A program made the translations under genes and the position numbers. This document shows positions 27,902 through 36,189 of a DNA stretch of 40,750 nucleotides, in pieces (the first letter of the stretch is position 1; the number at the start of each line of letters is the position of its first letter). Below the pieces are notes generated by a model, which did no database searches, was not told where the DNA came from, and was given only the letters and a program-made list of their open reading frames with translations. Source of the stretch: Flavobacteriales bacterium (GTDB lineage: Bacteria; Bacteroidota; Bacteroidia; Flavobacteriales_F; PHOS-HE28); the NCBI GenBank assembly GCA_040383865.1, contig JBEICT010000002.1, positions 1-40,750 on the forward strand. Reading direction: 5' to 3'.

Positions 27902-27981
27902 CATCTGCCCATGTGCGCATGTGTTCATGTGGTCATGTGCTCATTGGGTCATGTGCGCAGGTGAACAGGTGAGCATGGCCT
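27902..27981. repeat. About ten tandem octamers, consensus NCATGTGN
   Basis: Read in 8-nt register from 27902: gcatctgc ccatgtgc gcatgtgt tcatgtgg tcatgtgc tcattggg tcatgtgc gcaggtga acaggtga gcatggcc. Confidence 0.8.
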
Positions 27982-28031
27982 TGAACATTTGGCCGAACCA
28001 ACGGGTGCCGCTTTCAGTTCTGTAGATCACC

Positions 28032-29858
28032 ATGGCGAGCCGTAGGAACAAGACCCGCGACGACGACGCGAAACCAGCGAAGCTGACCAAGGCCACGCTG
28101 CGCAAGTTCTTCCGGCTGTTCCGCTACCTGCGTGCCTACCGGGTCACCTTTGGTGTGGGCATGCTGCTCCTGCTGGGGAACAGCCTGCTCAGCATGGTGT
28201 TCCCCGGCCTCATGGGCAAATTGGTGGATGCCACCAAGGGCGAACTGCCGCGCGATGCCGAGGCCCTGCTCGACCTCTCCAACATCGACTCCGTGGCGCT
28301 GTTGTTGTTGGGCGTGTTCGCCCTGCAGGCCCTGCTCGGCTTCGGGCGCATCTACCTCTTCTCCTACGTTACCGAGCACATGCTGGCCCGCTTGCGGCAG
28401 GACACCTACGAGCACCTGTTGAAGCTGCCCATGAGCTTCTTCGCTACCCGGCGTGTGGGCGAACTGAACAGCCGCATCAGTGCCGATGTGGCCCTGTTGC
28501 AGGACACCTTCACCACCACCCTGGCCGAACTGGTGCGCCAACTGGTGATCGTTACCGTAGGCCTGGTGCTGCTCACCGCGCTCTCACCTCAGCTCACCCT
28601 CACCATGCTCGCCAGCATCCCCGTGGTGGCCGTGGTGGCCGTGCTGTTCGGGCGCTTCATCCGCAGGCTGAGCAAGGAGGTGCAGGACCGCATTGCCGAC
28701 ACCAACGTGGTGGTGGACGAAACGCTGCAAGGCATCCAGAGCGTGAAGGCTTTTGCGAACGAAGCATGGGAGGCCATGCGCTACGGACGCAGTGTCACCG
28801 CCGCTCGCGGACTGGCCATGAAGGGCGCACGGTGGCGCGGCGCATTCGTCAGTTTCATCATCCTGTGCATGTTCGGGGCCATTGTGCTGGTGATCTGGCG
28901 CGGTGTGCACCTGAAGGAGGAAGGTGTGCTCAGCACCGGCGAACTCGTCACCTTTATCATGTACTCGGTGTTCATCGGGGCCAGCATCGGCAGCATACCG
29001 GAATACATCACCAACGTACTGAAGGCCGTGGGCGCCACCGAGCGACTGATGGACCTGCACGATGAGCCCGGTGAGGCCATCGACCTCGGCCCCAAGGGCG
29101 CGCCACTGCCCATCGAAGGGCGGATCGCGTTCCAGCACGTCTCGTTCCACTATGCCTCTCGGCCCGATATGCCCGTGCTGCGCGATGTGACGTTCACTGC
29201 CGAACCGGGGCAACGCATTGCGCTGGTGGGTCCCAGTGGCGCGGGCAAGAGCACCATCGCCTCCATTGTGCTGCGTTTCCACGACCCGGTGAACGGCACC
29301 GTGCTGATCGATGGGAAGGATGCCCGCGACTACCCGCTTACCGCACTACGCGACCGCATGGCCATTGTGCCGCAGGAAGTGCTGCTCTTCGGTGGCACCA
29401 TCCGCGAGAACATCGCCTACGGTAAGCCCAACGCCACCCAGCAGGAGGTGGAGGAGGCTGCGCGCAAGGCCAACGCGCACAGCTTCATCAGCAGCTTTCC
29501 GGAAGGATATGGCACCGTGGTGGGCGAACGTGGCGTGCAACTGAGCGGCGGCCAGCGACAGCGCATCGCCATTGCCCGCGCCGTGCTGAAGGACCCCGCG
29601 ATCCTGATCCTGGACGAGGCCACCAGCGCGCTGGACAGCGAGAGCGAACGCCTGGTACAGGAGGCGCTGGACCAATTGATGAAGGGCCGCACCAGTCTGG
29701 TGATCGCGCACCGCCTGAGCACCATCCGCGATGCCGACCGCATCCTGGTGCTGGACAAGGGCGTGGTGGTAGAGAGCGGCACGCATGAGGAGCTGATCGC
29801 CGATGGCGAGGGCTTGTACCATGGCTTGCATATCTTACAGCGATCCACCAACGCATGA
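28032..29858 (+). CDS. ABC transporter, fused permease/ATPase (MsbA/ABCB-like exporter)
   Basis: Six-helix N-terminal half. Walker A GPSGAGKSTIAS, signature LSGGQRQRIAIARA, Walker B ILILDEATSALD. Confidence 0.9.
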   Translation: MASRRNKTRDDDAKPAKLTKATLRKFFRLFRYLRAYRVTFGVGMLLLLGNSLLSMVFPGLMGKLVDATKGELPRDAEALLDLSNIDSVALLLLGVFALQALLGFGRIYLFSYVTEHMLARLRQDTYEHLLKLPMSFFATRRVGELNSRISADVALLQDTFTTTLAELVRQLVIVTVGLVLLTALSPQLTLTMLASIPVVAVVAVLFGRFIRRLSKEVQDRIADTNVVVDETLQGIQSVKAFANEAWEAMRYGRSVTAARGLAMKGARWRGAFVSFIILCMFGAIVLVIWRGVHLKEEGVLSTGELVTFIMYSVFIGASIGSIPEYITNVLKAVGATERLMDLHDEPGEAIDLGPKGAPLPIEGRIAFQHVSFHYASRPDMPVLRDVTFTAEPGQRIALVGPSGAGKSTIASIVLRFHDPVNGTVLIDGKDARDYPLTALRDRMAIVPQEVLLFGGTIRENIAYGKPNATQQEVEEAARKANAHSFISSFPEGYGTVVGERGVQLSGGQRQRIAIARAVLKDPAILILDEATSALDSESERLVQEALDQLMKGRTSLVIAHRLSTIRDADRILVLDKGVVVESGTHEELIADGEGLYHGLHILQRSTNA

Positions 29859-30400
29859 TGCCGAACACATCGATCCTTCGTGCTGCATTCTTCCTTGCGG
29901 CCTTGGTTTCCGTAGCGACCCTTATGGCCCAAACCCCGGGCATGGCGGCGTTCGGAACGGTGCGTGAACTGAATACGCGCGACTCCATCCCCTTCCCTAC
30001 GGTACTGGTAGAGGAAGTGGGTTCGAAGGAAGCACCCATGCCGATCGTGAGCACTGCGCGGGGCCGGTATGAGGTTACCATAACTGCACAGAAGACCTAC
30101 TTGATCCGTTATGGTGCACCGGGCAAGGTGATGAAGTCCGTGCAGTTGGAACTAAAGGGGCCTGGAGACGAGGATTGGGCCTATGGCTTTGGCATGAACA
30201 TCGACATCGCGCTTCTCGATAGTCTACCAGGTGTGGACTACAGCGTGCTGAGCGAGCCGTTCGGCATCGCACGGTTCAATGCCGAGACCAAGAACTATGA
30301 GTGGGACATCGAATACACGCGTTCCATGGCCGACCGTCAGAAGGCGCTGCTTGAGGCCTATCGCGAACGCTTGCAACAACAGCAAGGTAGCGGACGCTGA
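29855..30400 (+). CDS. Hypothetical secreted protein
   Basis: ATGA overlap with the ABC gene. Signal peptide MMPNTSILRAAFFLAALVSVATLMAQ. No motif recognised. Confidence 0.6.
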   Translation: MMPNTSILRAAFFLAALVSVATLMAQTPGMAAFGTVRELNTRDSIPFPTVLVEEVGSKEAPMPIVSTARGRYEVTITAQKTYLIRYGAPGKVMKSVQLELKGPGDEDWAYGFGMNIDIALLDSLPGVDYSVLSEPFGIARFNAETKNYEWDIEYTRSMADRQKALLEAYRERLQQQQGSGR

Positions 30401-30422
30401 GCCTGCTCGTTCATGCGAAGAG

Positions 30423-31034
30423 CTATAGCTCCACCTCCACCACCTTCTTCGTGGCGAAAAACTCATCCTCGAAGAATTCGCTGATCTCGTGCACCCGATA
30501 GCGCTGCTTGATAGGCAGTAGCTCATCGGCGAGTTCGCCGCCTTTCAGATAGTAGAGCCTGCCCTCGCCTTTGGGCACCAAGTGCCTGGTCATGCGCAGG
30601 AACTCGGGCAGGGTGGTGACGGCGCGGCTCACCATGAAGTCGTAGCGCTGCTTGTGGTCCTCGCTGCGCACTTGTTCGGCGGTGCAGTTGGTGAGGCCCA
30701 GGCCTTGGATGACGCCCTGCACGGCGGCGATCTTCTTGCCGATGCCATCGATGCCGTGGAAGGTGCAGTCGGGGAACATGATCGCCAAGGGCACCAAGGG
30801 GAAGCCGCCGCCGGTGCCCACGTCCACGATGCGCGTGCCTTTCTTGAACTGGACCACCTTGGCGATGCCCAACGAGTGCAGGATGTGCCGCTCGTAGAGG
30901 TGCTCGAAGTCCTTGCGGGAGATGAGGTTGACGCGCTCGTTCCATTCGGCATAGAGCGGGCCCAGGGCCGCGAAATGATCGCGATGCCTCCCAGTGATCT
31001 CCGGGAAGTACTTCTGGATGAGCTCCACTCCCAT
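30423..31034 (-). CDS. rsmG: 16S rRNA (guanine527-N7)-methyltransferase
   Basis: ELIQKYFPEIT, WNERVNLISRKD, HILHSL, VDVGTGGGFPLVPLAI. The track start 31070 is also possible. Confidence 0.88.
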   Translation of the reverse strand: MGVELIQKYFPEITGRHRDHFAALGPLYAEWNERVNLISRKDFEHLYERHILHSLGIAKVVQFKKGTRIVDVGTGGGFPLVPLAIMFPDCTFHGIDGIGKKIAAVQGVIQGLGLTNCTAEQVRSEDHKQRYDFMVSRAVTTLPEFLRMTRHLVPKGEGRLYYLKGGELADELLPIKQRYRVHEISEFFEDEFFATKKVVEVEL

Positions 31035-31076
31035 CGGTGCTATGCTTGATGCGTCATCAGGCATGGGCACATGGCA

Positions 31077-31685
31077 TTAGATATGGTCCTTGCGGTCCTC
31101 CATCAGGTTCAGCAGGAACTCACGGGCGCGGAACAACTGGGCCTTCACGGTGCCCAGGGGCAGGTCCAGTTCCTCGGCGATCTCCTCGTAGCTGTACTCC
31201 TTGTAGTAGCGCAGTTCCACCAAGGTGCGGTAGCGCGGCTTCAGCTTGTCCACCACTTCGCGCATGATGGCGTTCTTCTGCTCGCGGATGGCGATATCCT
31301 CCGGGTGGAGCGCATCGCTCTTGAGCTCGATCGTCATCTCATCGCCATCGTCGGTGCCAATGGGATTGTCGATGGAGAAGGTCTTTTTCTTCTGCTTGCG
31401 GATCCAGTCGATGCAGTTGTTCGACGCGATCTTGAACAGCCAGGTGCTGAACGCGTAGTTGGGCGTGTACTGCTTCAGCCGGTGGAAGGCCTTGCCGAAG
31501 GCCTCGATCGTCAGGTCCTCCGCATCGTCCTTGTTGTTGATCATCTTCAACAACATGAAGTAGATGGAGTCGCGGTAGCGGCTCATCAGTTCGGCGTAGG
31601 CCTTCTGATCGCCCTTGTCCACGGCACGGCGCACGAGCAGGTAGTCGTACTGTGCCTTTTCGCTGAGGTTCTCGTTCACTTCCAT
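31077..31685 (-). CDS. RNA polymerase sigma-70 family (ECF-type) sigma factor
   Basis: MEVNENLSEKAQYDYLL, DAEDLTIEAFGKAF (region 2), FSTWLFKIASNNCIDWIRKQ, YKEYSYEEIAEELDLPLGTVKAQLFRAR (region 4 HTH). The track ORF to 32000 is an over-extension into the upstream gene. Confidence 0.88.
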   Translation of the reverse strand: MEVNENLSEKAQYDYLLVRRAVDKGDQKAYAELMSRYRDSIYFMLLKMINNKDDAEDLTIEAFGKAFHRLKQYTPNYAFSTWLFKIASNNCIDWIRKQKKKTFSIDNPIGTDDGDEMTIELKSDALHPEDIAIREQKNAIMREVVDKLKPRYRTLVELRYYKEYSYEEIAEELDLPLGTVKAQLFRAREFLLNLMEDRKDHI

Positions 31686-32776
31686 CGCTTGGGCTTGACG
31701 AGGATCGTGCTGGTGTACAGCAGGGGATCCAAAAGTAGGAACAGCCATTCCAGGGGTAATGCTAACCAGGCCAGTACGCCGGCGTGCAGCTTGCGCATGG
31801 CCATGGTGGTGATCGGCAGCAGCACGGCCAGTTCCACGGCCAGGCCGATGGCGGCCTCGCGCCAATGGGCACGCACCAGCAGGTAGACCAGGGCCGCCCA
31901 GAACACCATGCGCGCCAAGGGCAGCAGCATCAGCAACACCTGGTGGCCGAAGCGGTAATGCACCGCGGTGGTGTAGTGGCGGCGCTTGCGGCGCACCCAT
32001 GCCAGCAGATCGGGCGATGGGCGGGTGGCCATGAACGAGCGCGGATCGGCCACCACGGCGGTGTTGCGGCCGCGCGCCACTTCGTTGATGAACAGGTCGT
32101 CGTCGCCGCTCATGAGGTTGCTGTGGCGGCGCGGCCCTTTCAGGTTGAAGAAGAGCTCGCTGGTGTAGCCCAGGTTGCGGCCCACGCCCATGTACGGCAT
32201 ACCCGCCATGGCGAAGCCCATGTACTGCATGGCCTTGCTCACCCCATCATACCGCTCCAGGATGTTGCCGAGCCCGGGCTGGTAGGCATAGGGGCTGTGG
32301 CCGATCACGATCTGGCGCCCGTTTCGGAAGCCGGCGGCCATGGTGCTGATCCAGTCCGGACCGGGGGGCACGCAATCGGCATCGGTCAGCAGCACATCGG
32401 GGTACTTGGCCGCGCGCAGGCCCACGCCGAGGGCGATCTTCTTGCCGTAGTTGAACTTCTCATCGGCCTGTATGTTCACCGGCCGCAGGCGCGGGTACTG
32501 GGGCTTCATCCACTGCAGGATCTCCCACGTATCGTCGTCGCTGCGGTCGTTCACCACCACCACTTCGTACTCCTTGTGGTCCTGGCGCATCAGCACGGGC
32601 AGCAGTTCCTCCAGGGTGCGGGCCTCGTTGCGGGCACAGATCACCACGCTGATGGGGCGCTCGCGATCGGGCTCCACCTGCGGCTTGCGGAAGGCCAGCC
32701 GGGCGAACATGGCCACGTGGTAGACCAGGAGCACGAACAAGGCTCCCACCATGACCTGAAATGCAATGCACCACAT
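31676..32776 (-). CDS. Membrane-bound family 2 glycosyltransferase
   Basis: ISVVICARNEARTLEELL, VVVVNDRSDDDT, LLTDADCVP, plus C-terminal TM helices. The stop overlaps the sigma start by 10 nt. Start taken at MWCIAFQV (32776); 32842 is also possible. Confidence 0.8.
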   Translation of the reverse strand: MWCIAFQVMVGALFVLLVYHVAMFARLAFRKPQVEPDRERPISVVICARNEARTLEELLPVLMRQDHKEYEVVVVNDRSDDDTWEILQWMKPQYPRLRPVNIQADEKFNYGKKIALGVGLRAAKYPDVLLTDADCVPPGPDWISTMAAGFRNGRQIVIGHSPYAYQPGLGNILERYDGVSKAMQYMGFAMAGMPYMGVGRNLGYTSELFFNLKGPRRHSNLMSGDDDLFINEVARGRNTAVVADPRSFMATRPSPDLLAWVRRKRRHYTTAVHYRFGHQVLLMLLPLARMVFWAALVYLLVRAHWREAAIGLAVELAVLLPITTMAMRKLHAGVLAWLALPLEWLFLLLDPLLYTSTILVKPKRWK

Positions 32777-32904
32777 ATACGAATGGAACGGGGACTCTAC
32801 TGCCCCATGGACGGCGAAGCTACCCGGCCGCCAAGCAGGCACCGGGCACTTGGCGGGTCAGTTATGAACAGAAGCGGCGTGGATGTCCGCCGGGGCTGCC
32901 CCGC

Positions 32905-32912
32905 CTACCTTT
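32905..32912 (+). promoter_or_regulatory. Candidate -7 box TACCTTTG for tgt
   Basis: Fits TAnnTTTG and ends 16 nt before ATG 32929. Confidence 0.35.
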
Positions 32913-32928
32913 GCCGCCCTGTAAACCC

Positions 32929-34059
32929 ATGGAATTCAAGCTGATCGGACACGACCCCGGCTCGCAGGCGCGGGCGGGCGAGCTCCATACCGACCACGGC
33001 GTGGTCCGCACCCCCGTGTTCATGCCCGTGGGCACGCTGGGCGCGGTGAAGGCCGTACACCCCCGCGAGCTGCGCAACGACCTGGACGCGCCGATCATGC
33101 TCAGCAACACCTACCACCTGTACCTGCGCCCCGGTGTGGACGTGCTGGAACATGCAGGCGGGCTGCACAAGTTCAACGGGTGGGACCGCCCCATCCTCAC
33201 CGACAGCGGTGGTTTCCAGGTCCACAGCCTCAGCGACATCCGCAAGATCACCGAAGAGGGCGTGAAGTTCCAGAGCCACATCGATGGCAGCCGCCACCTC
33301 TTCACCCCTGAGAGCGTGATGGACATCCAACGCAGCATCGGGGCGGATATCTGCATGGCCTTCGATGAGTGTACGCCCTGGCCGTGCGAATTGGCCTACG
33401 CCGAGAAGAGCATGCACATGACCCACCGCTGGCTGGACCGCTGCATCGCGCGCTTCAACAGCACCGAGCCGAAGTACGGCCACGAGCAGGCCCTCTTCCC
33501 CATTGTGCAAGGCAGCACCTTCCCCGAACTGCGCAAGCGGAGCAGCGAGTACATCGCCACCAAGGGCGCGGTGGGCAATGCCATCGGCGGCCTCAGCGTG
33601 GGCGAGCCCGAGGAGGAGATGTACGCCATGGCCGAGCTGTGCTGCGACATCCTTCCGAAGGACAAGCCCCGCTACCTGATGGGCGTGGGCACCCCTTGGA
33701 ACCTGCTGGAGAACATGGCGCGCGGCGTGGACATGTTCGATTGCGTGATGCCCACCCGCAACGGTCGCAACGGCATGCTCTTTACCCGCGAGGGCGTGTT
33801 GAACATCAAGAACCGTCAATGGGCCGACGACCACAGCCCCCTGGACCCCGGTGCGCACAGCTGGGTGGACACTGCCTACAGCCGCGCCTTTGTGCGCCAC
33901 CTGTTCCAGAGCAACGAGATGCTGGGCCAGCAGATCGCCAGCCTGCACAACCTGGGCTTCTACCTGGCGTTGATGAAGGAGGCCCGCGAACGCATCCTGG
34001 ACGGTAGCTTCACCACTTGGAAGAACGCGTTGTTGCCGAAATTGAAGGTGAGACTATGA
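32929..34059 (+). CDS. tgt: Queuine tRNA-ribosyltransferase
   Basis: MEFKLIGHD, RTPVFMPVGT, LTDSGGFQV, GGLSVGEP, DCVMPTRNGRNG. The track ORF from 32761 is an over-extension. Confidence 0.93.
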   Translation: MEFKLIGHDPGSQARAGELHTDHGVVRTPVFMPVGTLGAVKAVHPRELRNDLDAPIMLSNTYHLYLRPGVDVLEHAGGLHKFNGWDRPILTDSGGFQVHSLSDIRKITEEGVKFQSHIDGSRHLFTPESVMDIQRSIGADICMAFDECTPWPCELAYAEKSMHMTHRWLDRCIARFNSTEPKYGHEQALFPIVQGSTFPELRKRSSEYIATKGAVGNAIGGLSVGEPEEEMYAMAELCCDILPKDKPRYLMGVGTPWNLLENMARGVDMFDCVMPTRNGRNGMLFTREGVLNIKNRQWADDHSPLDPGAHSWVDTAYSRAFVRHLFQSNEMLGQQIASLHNLGFYLALMKEARERILDGSFTTWKNALLPKLKVRL

Positions 34060-34087
34060 GAGCGCTGCTGATCGTCCAAAGTCCCAT

Positions 34088-34131
34088 GTCCTATGCAGAA
34101 TGCACCACAGTTGGTGCATTCTGCATAGGAC
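34088..34131 (+). terminator. Perfect 20-bp stem / 4-nt loop hairpin downstream of tgt (candidate intrinsic terminator, no U-tract)
   Basis: gtcctatgcagaatgcacca cagt tggtgcattctgcataggac. The arms are exact reverse complements, verified base by base. Confidence 0.45.
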
Positions 34132-34163
34132 CTAAGACAACTGTCAACTGACAATTCCACCCC

Positions 34164-35243
34164 GTGTTCCGCACGCTCGATCGATACATCATCCGGCAGT
34201 TCCTCGGGACCTTCTTCTTCCTGCTGGTCATCATCATGATGATCGCGGTGGTGTTCGACATCAGCGAGAAGACCGAGGACTTCGCCAAGATGAAGGCCAC
34301 CACGGGCGAGATCGTGTGGGACTACTACCTCAACTTCATCATCTATTACAGCAACCTCTTCAGCGGGTTGTTCATCTTCCTGGCGGTGCTGCTCTTCACC
34401 AGCAGGCTGGCGCACCGCACCGAGATCGTGGCCATGCTCAGCAGCGGGGTCAGCTTTCCACGCATCATGTGGCCCTACTTCCTGGCCGCCACCATGCTCA
34501 CGGGCTTTTCGTTGGTGGTGAACCACAAGCTGCTGCCCGCGGCCAACAAGGTGCGCCTGGCCTTCGAGGAAACGCACATCCGCGCCACCTTCTTCGTGGC
34601 CGCGCGGAACATCCACCGCGAGATCGCGCCCGGCAGCATCGCCTACTTCGAATCGTTCGATGCCGAGCACCGCATGGGCCAGCGCTTCAGTCTGGAGCAA
34701 TGGGAGAACGGCGCCATGACCGCCAAGCTCACCAGCGACCGCGCCAGCTACGATACCCTTACCGGCCGCTGGACCATTCACGACTACGTGCTGCGCACCA
34801 TGCACGGCACCGAAGAGCGCGTTACCCATGGCCGCACACTGGATACCCTCATCAACCTGAAACCCTCGGACATGGGCCAGCGCTGGGAGACCAGCATGGC
34901 CATGGGTTGGCAGGAGCTGAACGACTACATCACCGCCAAGCAGGCCCAGGGTGATAGCGCCGTGGGGCCCTACCTCATCGAGAAACACCAGCGCACCGCT
35001 TACCCGTTCGCCACCTACGTGTTCACGCTCATCGGTGTGAGCATCGCCAGTCGCAAGGTGCGCGGCGGCACCGGCCTGCACCTGGCGCTGGGCGTGTTCC
35101 TGATCCTGCTCTACATCTTCGCCATGCGCCTGGCCACCGTGGCCGCCACCAATGCCGGGCTCAACCCCTTCCTGGCCGTGTGGATGCCCAATATCCTGTT
35201 CGCGGTGGTGGGGGTGTATATCTATCGCAATGCACCGAAGTAG
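34164..35243 (+). CDS. LptF/LptG family permease
   Basis: GTG start. FRTLDRYIIRQFLGTFFFLLVIIMMIAVVFD is the typical YjgP/YjgQ N-terminus, with a periplasmic domain between TM3 and TM4. Confidence 0.85.
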   Translation: MFRTLDRYIIRQFLGTFFFLLVIIMMIAVVFDISEKTEDFAKMKATTGEIVWDYYLNFIIYYSNLFSGLFIFLAVLLFTSRLAHRTEIVAMLSSGVSFPRIMWPYFLAATMLTGFSLVVNHKLLPAANKVRLAFEETHIRATFFVAARNIHREIAPGSIAYFESFDAEHRMGQRFSLEQWENGAMTAKLTSDRASYDTLTGRWTIHDYVLRTMHGTEERVTHGRTLDTLINLKPSDMGQRWETSMAMGWQELNDYITAKQAQGDSAVGPYLIEKHQRTAYPFATYVFTLIGVSIASRKVRGGTGLHLALGVFLILLYIFAMRLATVAATNAGLNPFLAVWMPNILFAVVGVYIYRNAPK

Positions 35244-35394
35244 GGAGGAGGATGGTGTGGGGGAATGATGTTATTGGGGAATCAGTGGTGTCCGGGGAAA
35301 CATTTGGAGATATCCGGAATGGCTCTTCCCTCAGCGCAAATTGAAGCGATCATCTACCAGGGGCTTGTTCTCCGGTACGCTGATCTGAACACCG

Positions 35395-35566
35395 GCTGCG
35401 ACCCCTCCGGTGTCGAACATGCGCGATTGCCGTAAACGCCCTTCGGGCTATATGCTGCGACCCCTCCGGGGTCGAAATGCCCGTTGATGTTGTGTTGACC
35501 CCGTAGGGGTCACAGCATGTTGAATGAGATCTGATAGCGTAGTGACGACCCCGGAGGGGTCGCAGC
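35395..35566. repeat. Cluster of four REP-like palindromic elements (two direct, two inverted), consensus GCTGCGACCCCTCCGGGGTCGAA
   Basis: Copies at 35395-35417 and 35454-35476 (forward), and at 35495-35516 and 35543-35566 (reverse). Each holds a 7-bp stem (C/T)GACCCC-NNN-GGGGTC(G/A); copy 1 has one stem mismatch. An extra GCCC-TTC-GGGC hairpin lies at 35437-35447. Confidence 0.8.
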
Positions 35567-35766
35567 CGCTGTTGTGCAAGATCTCCCCGGACACTATTGA
35601 TCGGAGAATGATCTAATGGGGAATGATCAATGTAGAATGAAGTATGTAACATGTGGAATAGCCCCATGGGTCATTGGGGAGAGGGTGGGCCAAGGTCCGC
35701 TGACGTGGGTTCCATCGTGTGAAGACCTGCTCAGGCATCCAAGTGTGAGGCGATCCTTTTATCGGC

Positions 35767-35799
35767 ATATTACGATACATGTCCATTTCATCGTAATAT
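35767..35799. promoter_or_regulatory. Candidate ArsR operator: perfect 10-bp inverted repeat ATATTACGAT-N13-ATCGTAATAT overlapping a near-consensus -7 box TAATATTG (35794-35801)
   Basis: Arms 35767-35776 and 35790-35799, verified base by base. A third half-site ATATTGCGAT lies at 35796-35805. The site sits 20-55 nt upstream of the arsR ATG. Confidence 0.5.
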
Positions 35800-35820
35800 T
35801 GCGATCTATTCGCACAGTCC

Positions 35821-36150
35821 ATGGGTGTTACCAAGACCGATCTCTTTACCGCGCAACAGAACCAGATGGCCACATGGGCCAAAGTGCTGGGGCATCCAGC
35901 GCGCATCGCCATCCTCCAGTACCTGCTGAAGCAGAACGCCTGCGTATGTGGCAGCCTGGTGGAGGAACTGGGGCTGGCGCAGGCCACCATCAGCCAGCAC
36001 CTGCGCGAGCTGAAGGACGCCGGGCTGATCACCGGCACCGTGGAAGGCACCAGCGTGTGCTACTGCATTGAACCCAAGGCCTGGGCCAAGGCACAGGCCG
36101 CTTTCGCGAAGCTCTTCGCCACCTACAAACCCATTGATAGCTGCTGTTGA
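35821..36150 (+). CDS. arsR: ArsR/SmtB family metalloregulator
   Basis: HPARIAILQYLL, NACVCGSLVEEL (CVC metalloid site), QATISQHLRELKDAGLI (wHTH). Confidence 0.9.
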   Translation: MGVTKTDLFTAQQNQMATWAKVLGHPARIAILQYLLKQNACVCGSLVEELGLAQATISQHLRELKDAGLITGTVEGTSVCYCIEPKAWAKAQAAFAKLFATYKPIDSCC

Positions 36151-36156
36151 ATCAAC

Positions 36157-36189
36157 GCGACTCCGGGTCAAGCCCGGAGTGACAAAGCC
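36157..36189. repeat. 33-nt element gcgactccgggtcaagcccggagtgacaaagcc (copy 1, intergenic, ends 1 nt before the arsM ATG)
   Basis: Contains the hairpin ACTCCGGG-TCAAG-CCCGGAGT. Identical to 37024-37056. Confidence 0.9.

Noticed and set aside
35395-35566. Possible small CRISPR array (short palindromic repeats with 40-60 nt spacing)
   Set aside because: There are only four copies of about 23 nt. Two are in the opposite orientation, the spacing is irregular, the copies are not identical, and no cas genes are present in the window. This fits REP/BIME elements, not CRISPR.
35350-35667. 105-aa minus-strand ORF and possible tRNA-like T-arm sequences (GGGGTCGAA) in the LptF/G-arsR gap
   Set aside because: The ORF is the translation of REP hairpins. 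No cloverleaf (acceptor, D or anticodon arms) can be built around the GGGGTCGAA segments.
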